Assembly (NCBI RefSeq): GCF_002113885.1
Contig: NW_018479853.1
Span: 1 to 64,000 of the forward strand
Reading direction: 5' to 3'
Origin: Mizuhopecten yessoensis
Lineage: Eukaryota
Length of the DNA stretch: 64,000 nucleotides
The notes below the pieces were generated by a model. The model did not search any database. It saw nothing but the letters and a program-made list of their open reading frames with translations, and had not been told where the DNA came from. Shown here piece by piece: positions 36,301 to 47,430 of the stretch. The position numbers and the translations under genes are program-made. The first letter of the stretch is position 1. Each line of letters opens with the position of its first letter.

Positions 36301-39300
36301 TAGTATGCAGTAGACCAGTGTATGTTAAGATGAAGCGCCTCCTCCTTTGTATAGGAAAGTGGACAAGTTCAATACCCAGCCGCACAGTGCACTTTACATT
36401 TTTTGTTTTCTGGGTCGACGGTACGTGGATAACTTACCAGTAATATATATCCTCTGCCCTGCCCTATCACAGCCATACATTAGGTATTTAGGTCGACAGC
36501 ACGTGTATATCTTACCTGTCAGACATGTCCTCTGCCCTCCTCTGTCACAGCCATACATTGGGTATTTGGGTCGGCAGTACGTTGAACAGTCGCCGTAGTA
36601 ATACTCGTCACAAGCGAGTATGTACGCTATGCTGATGCTGTTGATAATAAGTTATATTTATCAATCAAGTATAATGTTTAGAGTTACTTTCACTTACGTT
36701 AATTTAAAATAATCATCTAATCAATCAATAAAATGTGTTCTAGAAGACATCTTCTGTTCCACCGATGAAACCCACCATGCATTGTTTGGTTTGAATCCAA
36801 GTAATGTCACCTGCTTAACGCGGGAACCAGAATAGTAACACCGAAGCCACAAGGCGCACAAATCATAATTTTCCAAATCGTCGATGACATACAGAAATAA
36901 CAACAAGAACTTGATGGCCGCCATAAACGTGCATACTGTCCGACTATCAGCATTCAATACATGTATTTACCTCGGTAAACGTGGTATTCCGGGCAATTAT
37001 CGAATCAGCGGCAACACGTTAACATCATCGGGGGGGAGAAAGAGTGATGTCAATATCAGGATAGGGAAAATTCGTGAAGTCGTCACGCTTATCATGTTGT
37101 AAACCGCCCCATTCAAAGAAAAGCGAAGAAAACTAAATGCATGAAACCCTGTTTACATATAGAGTATACTTGGCAGTTGAAAACACCTATACACCAATAC
37201 TAGCATACGTCAGTGATGGAAATCAGTATATTACATGTAGTATCAAAACACTGTTTTATACACTATCACAGTGTACCAGGACAGTAGTAAACCGAATCAT
37301 ATAATATATAAGATTATACAGCGCGCTGAAAAACATATAAATATCGACAAACAATATCATGTATAGATTTTAGGTTGACATCTATACGGTCATGGGAAAC
37401 AGTATATAAACATCTATACGGTCATGGGAAACAGTATTTAACATCTATACGGTCATGGGAAACAGTATTTAAACATCTACATGGTCATGGGAAACAGTAT
37501 TTAACATCTACACGGTCATGGGAAACAGTATATAAACATCTATACGGTCATGGGAAACAGTATTTAACATCTATACGGTCATGGGAAACAGTATTTAAAC
37601 ATCTACATGGTCATGGGAAACAGTATTTAACATCTACACGGTCATGGGAAACAGTATATAAACATCTATACGGTCATGGGAAACAGTATTTAACATCTAT
37701 ACGGTCATGGGAAACAGTATTTAAACATCTACATGGTCATGGGAAACAGTAGTTAACATCTATACGGTCATGGGAAACAGTATATAAACATCTATACGGT
37801 CATGGGAAACAGTATAGACAGCTACACGGTCATGGGAAACAGTATGTTAACATCTATACGGTCATGGGAAACAGTATGTTAACATTTATACGGTCATGGG
37901 AAACAGTTTAGACAGCTACACGGTCATGGGAAACAGTATGTTAACATCTACATGGTCATGGGAAACAGTATATAAACATCTACCCGGTCTTGGGAAACAG
38001 TATAGACAGCTACACGGTCATGGGAAACAGTATGTTAACATCTATACGGTCATGGGAAACAGTATATAAACATCTATACGGTCATGGGAAACAGTATATT
38101 AACATCTATACGGTCATGGGAAACAGTATATAAACATCTATACGGTCATGGGAAACAGTATAGACAGCTACACGGTCATGGGAAACATTATAGACAGCTA
38201 GACGGTCATGGGAAACAGTATAGACAGCTACACGGTCATGGGAAACAGTATGTTAACATCTACATGGTCATGGGAAACAGTATATAAACATCTACACGGT
38301 CATGGGAAACAGTATTTAACATCTACACGGTCATGGGAAACAGTATTTAACATCTATACGGTCATGGGAAACAGTATATAAACATCTATACGGTCATGGG
38401 AAACAGTATATAAACATCTGCACGGTCATGGGAAACAGTATTTAAAATCTACACGGTCATGGAAAACAGTATATAGACATCTACACGTTCACGGGAAACA
38501 GTATATACATCTACATCGTCATGAGAAACAGTATGTTAACATCTACACGGTCATGGGAAACAGTATATAAACATCTACACGGCCATGGGAAACAGTATTT
38601 AACATCTATACGGTCATGGGAAACAGTATAAAAACATCTACACGGTCATGGGAAACAGTACATAAACATCTACATGGTCATGGGAAACAGTATGTAAACA
38701 TCCACACGGTCACGGGAAACAGTATATAAACATCTAGACGGTCATGGGAAACAATATATAAACATCTGCACGGTCATGGGAAACAGTATGTTAACATCTA
38801 CACGGTCATGGGAAACAGTATTTAACATCTATACGGTCATGGGAAACAGTATAAAAACATCTACATGGTCATTGGAAACAGTATATAAACATCTACATGG
38901 TCATGGGAAACAGTATGTAAACATCTACACGGTCACGGGAAACAGTATATAGACATCTACACGTTCACGGGAAACAGTATATAAACATCTTCACGGGCAT
39001 GGGAAACAGTATATAAACATCTACACGGTCACGGGAAACAGTATATAAACATCTACATGGTCACGGGAAACAGTATATAAACATCTTCTCGGTCATGGGA
39101 AACAGTATATAAACATCTACACGTTCACGTGAAACAGTATATAAACATCTACATGGTCACGGGAAACAGTATATAAACATCTTCACGGGCATGGGAAACA
39201 GTATATAAACATCTACACGGTCATGGGAAACAGTATGTAAACATCTACACGGTCACGGGAAACAGTATATAGACATCTACACGTTCACGGGAAACAGTAT

Positions 39301-42300
39301 ATAAACATCTACATGGTCACGGGAAACAGTATATAAACATCTTCACGGTCATGGGAAACAGAATATACATCTACATCGTCATAAGAAACAGTATGTTAAC
39401 ATTTATACGGGCATGGGAAACAGTTTAGACAGCTACACGGTCATGGGAACCAGTAAATAAACATCTACCCGTTCACGTGAAACAGTATATAAACAGCTAT
39501 ACGGTCATGGGAAACAGGATATAAAAATCTACACGTTCACGTGGAACAGGATATAAACATCTACACCGTCATGGGAAACAGTATGTAAACATCTATACGA
39601 TCATGGGAAACAGTATATAAACATCTACACGGTCATGGGAAACAGTAAATAAACATCTACACGTTCACGTGAAACAGTATATAGACATCTACACGGTCAT
39701 GGGAAACAGTATATAAACATCTACATGGTCATGGGAAACAGTATATAAACATCTACACGGTCATGGGAAACAGTATATAGACATCTACATCGTCATGGGA
39801 AACAGTATATAAACATCTACACGTTCAATACTGTTTCCCATGACGATATAGATGTTTTTATACAGTTTCCCGTGAACGTGTAGATGTTTATATACTGTTT
39901 CCCATGACGATGTAGATGTTTATATACTTTTTCTCATGACCGTGTAGATGTTTATATACTGTTTCTCATGACCGTGTAGATGTTTATATACTGTTTTCAA
40001 TGACCGTGTAGATGTTTATATACTGTTTCTCATGACCGTGTAGACGTTTATATACTGTTTCCCATGACCGTGTAGATGTTTATATACTGTTTCCCATGAC
40101 CATGTAGATGTTTATATACTGTTTCCCATGACGATGTAGAAGTCTATATACTGTTTCTCATGACGATGTAGATGTCTATACTGTTTCCCATGACCGTGTA
40201 GATGTTTATATACTGTTTCCCATGCCCATGTAGATGTTTATATACTGTTTCCCATGACGATATAGAAGTTTATATACTGTTTCCCATGACCATGTAGATG
40301 TTTATATACTGTTTCTCATGACCGTGTAGACGTTTATATACTGTTTCCCATGACCGTGTAGATGTTTATTTACTGTTTCCCATGACGATATAGAAGTTTA
40401 TATACTGTTTCTCATGAACGTGTAGATGTTTATATACTGTTTCTCATGACCATGTAGATGTTTATATACTGTTTCCCATGACGATGTAGATGTTTATTTA
40501 CTGTTTCCAATGACCATGTTGATGTCTATATACTGTTTCCCATGACGATATAGAAGTTTATATACTGTTTCTCATGAACGTGTAGATGTCTATATACTGT
40601 TTCCAATGACCGTGTAGATGTTTATTTACTGTTTCCAATGACCATGTTAATGTTTATATACTGTTTCCCATGACCGTGTAGATGTCTATATACTGCTTCC
40701 AATGACCGTGTAGATGTTTATTTACTGTTTCCAATGACCATGTTAATGTTTATATACTGTTTCCCATGACCATGTAGATGTCTATATACTGTTTCCCATG
40801 ACCGTGTAGATGTTTTTACGACATAATCCCGATTAAACAAGACCTACGCAATAATTTGATTTTAATCATCTCACCATTTACACTATTTATCACAGAGGCA
40901 TTGGACAACAATGTCATTGTTTCATACGTATTTTTCTAACCGTTATATTACCTACAAAACTCAAAAAAATTAATTTTATAAAATATATTCTGTAGATTGC
41001 CTGCTTTTTTTAGATTGATATATATTCATGCCATTCATTATTTATGATATCATTAGCCATGCCGCCACTTAGGGATCAACTGAGCACGATAACTACTCCA
41101 CATGGACGATATGATACAGTGACGGTAAAGTAAACCAATTTCCATGCATACGTTTGATGATTAAATCTTGAAAATTTCTATAATTGTGTAGGGCTTTTGC
41201 TTATAATTGAAGATGTAAATTTTGAATGATATCACATTGCCCGCATATTTTATGGTCTTTAACTAACTTTTTCGTCACACTGCCAGCTTCATTTGATATC
41301 CCAAAGAGGGCATCATTCAGTGCTAAAAGAAAACCCGATACCGCGCAAGACCTTACGGTACAATAATGCCTTACTTAGTTCTTTCTCTACTCGCTGTTTC
41401 GGTGCGTACACTACTTTTGGAGTCAGGAGGTCCCATCGAAAAGGTGAGATCGGATAATTCCTCATTGTCGCCAGAAGTGTCCCTGTCATAGTCCAACTCT
41501 CCTACACTCACCACCAACCCGTTCTAAGAAAGATGAACGAAACACAACATAAAAAATAGCAATAAATACAGTTAACCGAAATGAGTCACACTTCATCCTA
41601 CCATACAGTTGTATGTCACACTGCATCCTACCATACAGTTGTTTATCGCACTGCATCCTACCATATAGTTGTTTGTCACACTGCATCCTACCACACATTT
41701 GTTTGTCACACTGAATCCTACAATATAGTTGTTTATCACACTGCATCCTACCACACATTTGTTTATCACACTGCATCCTACCATATAGTTGTTTATAACA
41801 CTGCATCCTACCATACCGTTGCTTATCACACTGCATCCTACCACACAGTTGTTTATCACCCTGCATCCTACCATATAGTTGTTTGTAACACTGCATCCTA
41901 CCACACAGTTGTTTATCACACTGCATCCTACCATATAGTTGTTTGTCACACTAGTTGTTTATCACACTGCATCCTACCATATAGTTGTTTATCACACTGC
42001 ATCCTACCATACCGTTGCTCATCACACTGCATCCTACCACACAGTTGTTTATCACACTGCATCCTACCATATAGTTGTTTATCACACTGCATCCTACCAT
42101 ACCGTTGTTCATCACACTGCATCCTACCACACAGTTGTTTATCACACTGCGTCCTACCATACAGTTGTTTATCACACTGCACCCTACCATACAGTTGTTC
42201 ATCACACTGCATCCTACCACACAGTTGTTTCGTCCATCAAGGATTCATCGTTGATGATAGGGGTCAAACGTTTTCGAAATCCAAATTGGTTTAAACTACT

Positions 42301-45300
42301 TTTGCAACAGAACGAATGTTGCTTAAAAAACCTTTAATCTAGCGCAGCGGAAACACAAAGCTATATCTTAATGTAAATTAAATAATTGACGTGTAGTCTA
42401 ACTATTAAGATACACTCAAAATATTTCGTTGCTTTAATAAAAATGAATTTTAAAACCTACTTGCATGACATTTTCCTCTTTAAAAACCGTGATTAAAGAA
42501 AGTAGTTAAGAAACTGTTGCCAGTAAAATTTAAACATCATTTTAACAGTCATGGTGTTGGGCCTGATCATATTAATCAGATCCCGGAAATGTTTATAAAA
42601 TAATTTATAGACTATTGAGATTCAAGATTGACATGAAAGTTCTTGAGACTATAATTATTGCAAGTCATCATGTCTTAAACAGATAAAATGGTGCATTTTA
42701 TTGTGACATTGCCTCGGATCTTTTTTCCTATGAAACATACCAAGAAGAAGTTCAACTTTAAAAACATATTCACCGTCGCGGATTTGAAACGGAAGAAAAT
42801 GAAGTCGGATTGTTGATCCAATTTTACAGTTGTTCTGCCACACAAACATCTGGAAAAAAAATAACAACTTATCAACTAACTTTTAACAGCAAGTTCATAC
42901 GAATCCACTATATATCCACAACTAACGAACCTTTATAACACGCTAACATGTATAACCAGTTATCTTGTATAACCAGCTAACTTATATAACCAAGTTACCT
43001 CTTCAACCAGCTACCTGTATTAGCAGCAAGCCTTTATAACCAGTTAACTTGTATTAAAGGCTAATCTGTATAACCAGCTAACATGTATAACCAGTTATCT
43101 TGTATAACCAGCTCACTTGTATAACCAGTTATCTTGTATAACCAGCTAACATGTATAACCAGTAATCTTTTATAACCAGCTAACATGTATAACCAGTAAT
43201 CTTGTATAACCAGTTATCTTGTATAACCAGTTATCTTGTATAACCAGCTCACTTGTATAACCAGTTATCTTGTATAACCAGCTATCTTGTATAACCAGCT
43301 AACATGTATAACAAGTTATCTTGTATAACCAGCTAACATGTATAACCAGTAATCTTGTATAACCAGCTAACATGTGTAACCAGTTATCTTGTATAACCAG
43401 TTATCTTGTATAACCAGCTACATGTATAACCAATTTACCTCTTCAACCAGCTATCTGTATTAGCAGCAAGCCTTTATAACCAGTTAACTTGTATTAATGG
43501 CTAACTTGTATAACGAGCTAAGTTGTATAACTAGCTAATTTTTATAATCAGCTAGCCTGTATAACCTGATACCCTATATAAGCAGCTTACATGCATAACC
43601 AGTTCCCTTTATAACCATCGATATGTCTCTACGACGTCTCATATGTATATTTGGTCAACCGTATATTTTGCTAAGACAGTCGATGAACGGTTTTTGCAAC
43701 AAGGTCATATAACTAAGGTTATCGAGTTTGCAACCTTGATTATAGTATAGGCGTGTTGTCGAACGAGGCCCATTCCTGTGTTTATCTATAAAACCAGCCG
43801 AATATATCTATGGAGAAGCCTTATCATTGAGACAGATTTTATCTTAGTGAACATACTAACTGTGAATCCACTTTCTGCACTGTTGGTCCGACACAAACGT
43901 CGACAGTAGCACCTGTTGTGTCCTGGACTGTGGTGCTAGAATAATCAAGGAGGCGAACCAGCCCCGTTCCCCCTCCACTAACATCTATAACCTGTCAATA
44001 CAAATACAATTTTAAATAAAGTATTTCTAAAACTGCACATTTCTAAAATAATAAAAACGGAGAATGTCTCGCAGTATCAGCTTTAATACAAAATTAATAA
44101 TATATATTTATGACAGTGTTTGACAAATTAACGAAATACTTTTTTATTGGTTTTAATTCGTATTTGTTGTTGAATTAATATTATAAACATACTAAATCAT
44201 CTAAGCAAAGCTTACGCACAAAAAGAGATGTACCAAATAATTAACGCTGAACTTGCATACAAATTGAGAGGTGCAAAATAATACAAAATGAGATTACATA
44301 CAAATTGAGAGGTGCAAAATAATACATAATAACATAACATACAAATAGAGAGGTGCAAAATAATACATAATAACATTACATACAAATAGAGAGGTGCAGC
44401 ATAATAAACACTTACATTCCGTAGAAATAGAGAAGTCCTAAGTAATTAATACTAAGTTAACGCACAAACAGTTGGGTAGTTTGGTTTTGGTTCTATTTTG
44501 ATTAACGTCGTTGTTTAACCATTTAAGGATGTGCCTCCATGTGTGTTGTGTAAGCGTGCATGTGTGTATGTGTGCCGGTACAGGGTATGTTAGTGTACTT
44601 GCCTCCTTGTGTAAACGCCGATCTGATGCCGACTTTATAGTGATATCTCACTGAAATACTATGCCGCATGCACTAAACACAGCATTCCGCCCGGTCATAT
44701 TATACTGACAACGGATGAATCAGTTGCTGCCATTCCCCTAAATGCTGAGCGTTAAGTAGGAAAATAACAACTACCATTTTTAAGGAGTTTGGTATGTCCC
44801 AGCCTGGGGACAGAACCCTTGCATGTCTTCCTCAATTTGGCGAACGTTCAACATTAAAGCCAACGGTGAGGTGTTGCCAAACAAGGCGCTAGGAAATAAA
44901 AGGTATTAAGAAATAGGGAGAAATAGAATAATCCCAAATATTGCAATATGTGCAGCAGATTTATTTTGGTCTCTTTCGTGTCCCCTTGTAAAAGACAAAA
45001 AAGTAAGTCCTAAATTCTGAAGGGGGTTCCCACATGGGTCACCTCTTACGGTTACGATACATGCGGTGGGTAACAGTAGGCTATTCTTTTCTCAATCCCC
45101 GACCTGCAGGTGTGTAGAGTTTGGTACCAAACAGTCATTATTAAATGTGCTTACACACAGAAACAATTAATAATAACCAAACGTATAGTAAAATGATTCC
45201 AAAAAATCTATAATGAGCTTACATACAGATGAGATGCACCAATAAACCATTACAAGGCAAACATACAATAGATAGTCACCAATTAACCCTAACAAGGCAA

Positions 45301-47430
45301 ACATACAATAGAGACTCACCATCAACCATTACAAGGCAAACATACAATAGATAGTCACCAATTAACCATTACAAGGCAAACATACAATAGAGAGTCACCA
45401 ATTAACTATTACAAGGCAAACATACAATAGATAGTCACCAATTAACTATTACAAGGTAAACATACAATAGATGGTCACCAATTAACCATTACAACGTAAA
45501 CATACAATAGATAGTCACCAATTAACTATTACAAGGCAAACATACAATAGATAGTCACCAATTAATCATTACAAGGCAAACATACAAATATAGAGTCACC
45601 AATTAACCATTACAAGGCAAACATACAATAGATAGTCACCAATTAACCATTACAAGGCAAACATACAAATATAGAGAGTCACCAATTAACCATAACAAGG
45701 CAAACATACAATAGATAGTCACCAATTAACCATTACAAGGCAAACATACAAATATAGAGTCACCAATTAACTATTACAAGGTAAACATACAATAGAGAGT
45801 CACCAATTAACCATTACAAGGCAAACATACAAATATAGATAGTCACCAATCTACCATTACAATGCAAACATACAAATAGAGAGTCACCATCAATCATTAC
45901 AAGGCAAACATACAATAGATAGTCACCAATTAACTATTACAAGGTAACCTTACAATAGAGAGTCACCAATTAACCCTAGCAAGGCAAACATACAATAGAT
46001 AGTCACCAATTAACCCTTACAAGGCAAACATACAATAGAGACTCACCATCAACCATTACGAGGCATACATACAGATGAGATGCACCAATAAACCATTACA
46101 AGGCAAACATACAATAGATAGTCGCCAATTAACCATTACAAGGCAAACATACAATAGAGAGTCACCAATTAACCCTAGCAAGGCAAACATACAATAGATA
46201 GTCACCAATTAACCATTACAAGGCAAACATACAATAGATAGTCACCAATCAACTATTACAAGGTAAACATACAATAGATAGTCACCAATTAACCATTACA
46301 ATGCAAACATCCAATAGAGAGTCACCAATTAACCCTAGCAAGGCAAACATACAATAGATAGTCACCAATGTACCATTACAAGGCAAACATACAATAGAGA
46401 CTCACCATCAACCATTACGAGGCAAACATACAAATATAGAGTCATCAATTAATGTTACACCAAACATACAAATAAGTCACCATTTTTCTAGACATTTTCT
46501 TCAAGTTGGTAAGTATGGATTATGAAAAGTTCCTTTTCACACAACCAATAAGATTTTCTGTGACGTTTCGATGACTAATACGATATGTACTCTGTCATCT
46601 TCATCAGACAAATTACCGGTGAAGACAAATTGATGTCGATTCGACTACGCTGGTAGTGTATGTACAATAGTTGTTATATATGTTCCAAAATGACTCGATT
46701 AAGCTAAACTCTCATAGGCTCTCGCACATCTATCACCAAGTATTAAACAAAGGGCAGCTAAATCGAGTCATTTCGGAACATATATAACAACTATTGTACA
46801 TACGCTACCAGCGTAGTCGAATCGACATCAATTTGTCTTCACTGGTAATTTGTCTGATGAAGGTGACAAGGTACATATCGTACTAGTCATCCAAACGTCA
46901 CATAGAAAATTGTATTGGTTGTAAAAAAGAACTTTTCATAATAAATAAGTCACCAATTGATCATTACAAGACAAACATACAAAGAGAGGTTTCGATTTAT
47001 CGACAAACAAGTAGAAATAATTATTAATCACAGAAAAATTACTCAGGTTTTCACTTACCTTGCTGATTCCGTATATTAAGTGAAAGATAAAGCACCAACC
47101 CATCTCAACAGCTCTTACGTTAGATAAGACGAACACAGGAACACATTTATAGTTAGCGTATGTCAACGATTCCAAGGGCAGTGCTCAGAGCTACAAATGT
47201 AAAACTGTTTCTGATAAAGGAACGATCTGCCATGTGTGACGTCGAATTGGGTTATACAAAGTGGGGTTCCCCAGCTTGTTCTATGAAGGTAAGAGATAAG
47301 AAATAATACATGTATATCTGTAGTCATCGCTTACCACTTGTGGAGTCACAATGCATAGTACTATACATACCACAAAGTAAACAACACTTTGATCCAGTAA
47401 GCATACTAAATAATAGCCACCTCCAACCAT
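30391..47430 (-). CDS. Gene C: Delta-like protein (signal peptide, reduced MNNL/C2, DSL, one EGF, short tail), about 265 aa, no TM found, probably secreted
   Basis: Exons 47430-47335 (MVGGGYYLVCLLDQSVVYFVVCIVLCIVTPQV), 43991-43861, 42849-42741 (alternative donor at 42774), 41523-41375, 36637-36516 (CDEYYYGDCSTYCRPKYPMYGCDRGGQRTCLTG), 34556-34431 (CGTNPCRHGGTC...CMCTAEWTG) and 30455-30391 (GHNCETPVHGAWTPDVIMIAP-stop). Phases equal those of gene B; the DSL (122 nt) and EGF (126 nt) exons are the same length as in gene B. Confidence 0.8.
30444..32225 (-). repeat. 84-bp array of the gene C last-exon acceptor plus exon start (…agtattgtacttcag|gacataactgtgag), about 22 acceptor sites
   Basis: AG sites recur every 84 nt from 30456 to 32221; the leftmost continues into unique terminal exon sequence. 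Confidence 0.93.
32226..34480 (-). repeat. 62-bp array of the gene C EGF-exon 3' end plus donor (aacatcccacacaaccaccacttctgtatgtgtacagcagagtggacag|gtaaaccttctcc), about 36 copies
   Basis: The rightmost unit is the real exon end at 34431/34430. It explains all ORFs listed between 32226 and 34600. Confidence 0.93.
34815..35057. mobile_element. Small palindromic MITE-like element
   Basis: Imperfect terminal inverted repeats (tacactgtattttcagggtttgtc / gacaaacactgaaaatactgta) and an internal hairpin. Confidence 0.55.
36410..36515 (-). repeat. Diverged 78-bp duplication of the DSL-exon 3' half plus donor
   Basis: 36438-36515 resembles 36516-36593; a second donor CTG|GTAAGT lies at 36438/36437. 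Confidence 0.85.
37376..40815. repeat. 30-32-bp minisatellite (aacatctatacggtcatgggaaacagtatata) with an orientation switch at about 39827
   Basis: Forward units run 37376-39827 and reverse-complement units (atactgtttcccatgaccgtgtagatgttt) run 39828-40815. Confidence 0.95.
41585..42230. repeat. 30-bp minisatellite (cacactgcatcctaccatatagttgtttat), about 21 copies
   Basis: Direct tandem repetition. Confidence 0.92.
42932..43617. repeat. 17-bp minisatellite (tataaccagttatcttg)
   Basis: Direct tandem repetition with decayed ends. Confidence 0.9.
44255..44430. repeat. About 41-bp repeat (tacaaattgagaggtgcaaaataatac...), 4-5 copies
   Basis: Tandem copies sharing the acatacaaatagagag motif with the array at 45220. 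Confidence 0.75.
44480..44878 (-). mobile_element. tRNA-head SINE, near full length
   Basis: Minus-strand head with A-box-like tggctttaatgttg and B-box-like gggttctgtccc, a (caaa)-type tail, and a second copy at 28783-29150. Confidence 0.65.
45220..46482. repeat. 40-bp minisatellite (accaattaaccattacaaggcaaacatacaatagatagtc), about 30 copies
   Basis: Direct tandem repetition; one more unit resumes after the insertion, at 46943. Confidence 0.92.
46483..46942. mobile_element. Inverted-repeat insertion (about 185-bp arms, about 50-bp spacer), probably Penelope-like-element derived
   Basis: 46520-46705 is the reverse complement of 46757-46941. It is flanked by the 13-bp direct repeat aaataagtcacca (46470-46482 and 46943-46955), and each arm holds a hammerhead motif. 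Confidence 0.7.
46554..46613 (-). ncRNA. Type I minimal hammerhead ribozyme (Penelope-like, very short palindromic helix III)
   Basis: Minus strand reads uuugu CUGAUGA a gaugac[18 nt]gucauc GAAAC GUC acaga, giving the core boxes, a 6-bp helix II, a helix I (uuugu/acaga) and a GUC cleavage triplet. Confidence 0.7.

Noticed and set aside
36968-37135. Candidate gene C exon with donor GAG|GTAAAT
   Set aside because: Stops occur in all three frames; the homologous exon was found at 41523-41375.
41585-42330. 30-bp array as the donor array of an extra gene C exon (TG|GTAGGA)
   Set aside because: The only open frame ends in phase 2, which is incompatible with the phase-0 exon at 41523, and no clear acceptor was found.
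37375-42337. His/Tyr-rich and MQCDKQ repeat ORFs
   Set aside because: They are translations of 30-32-bp minisatellites inside gene C introns.
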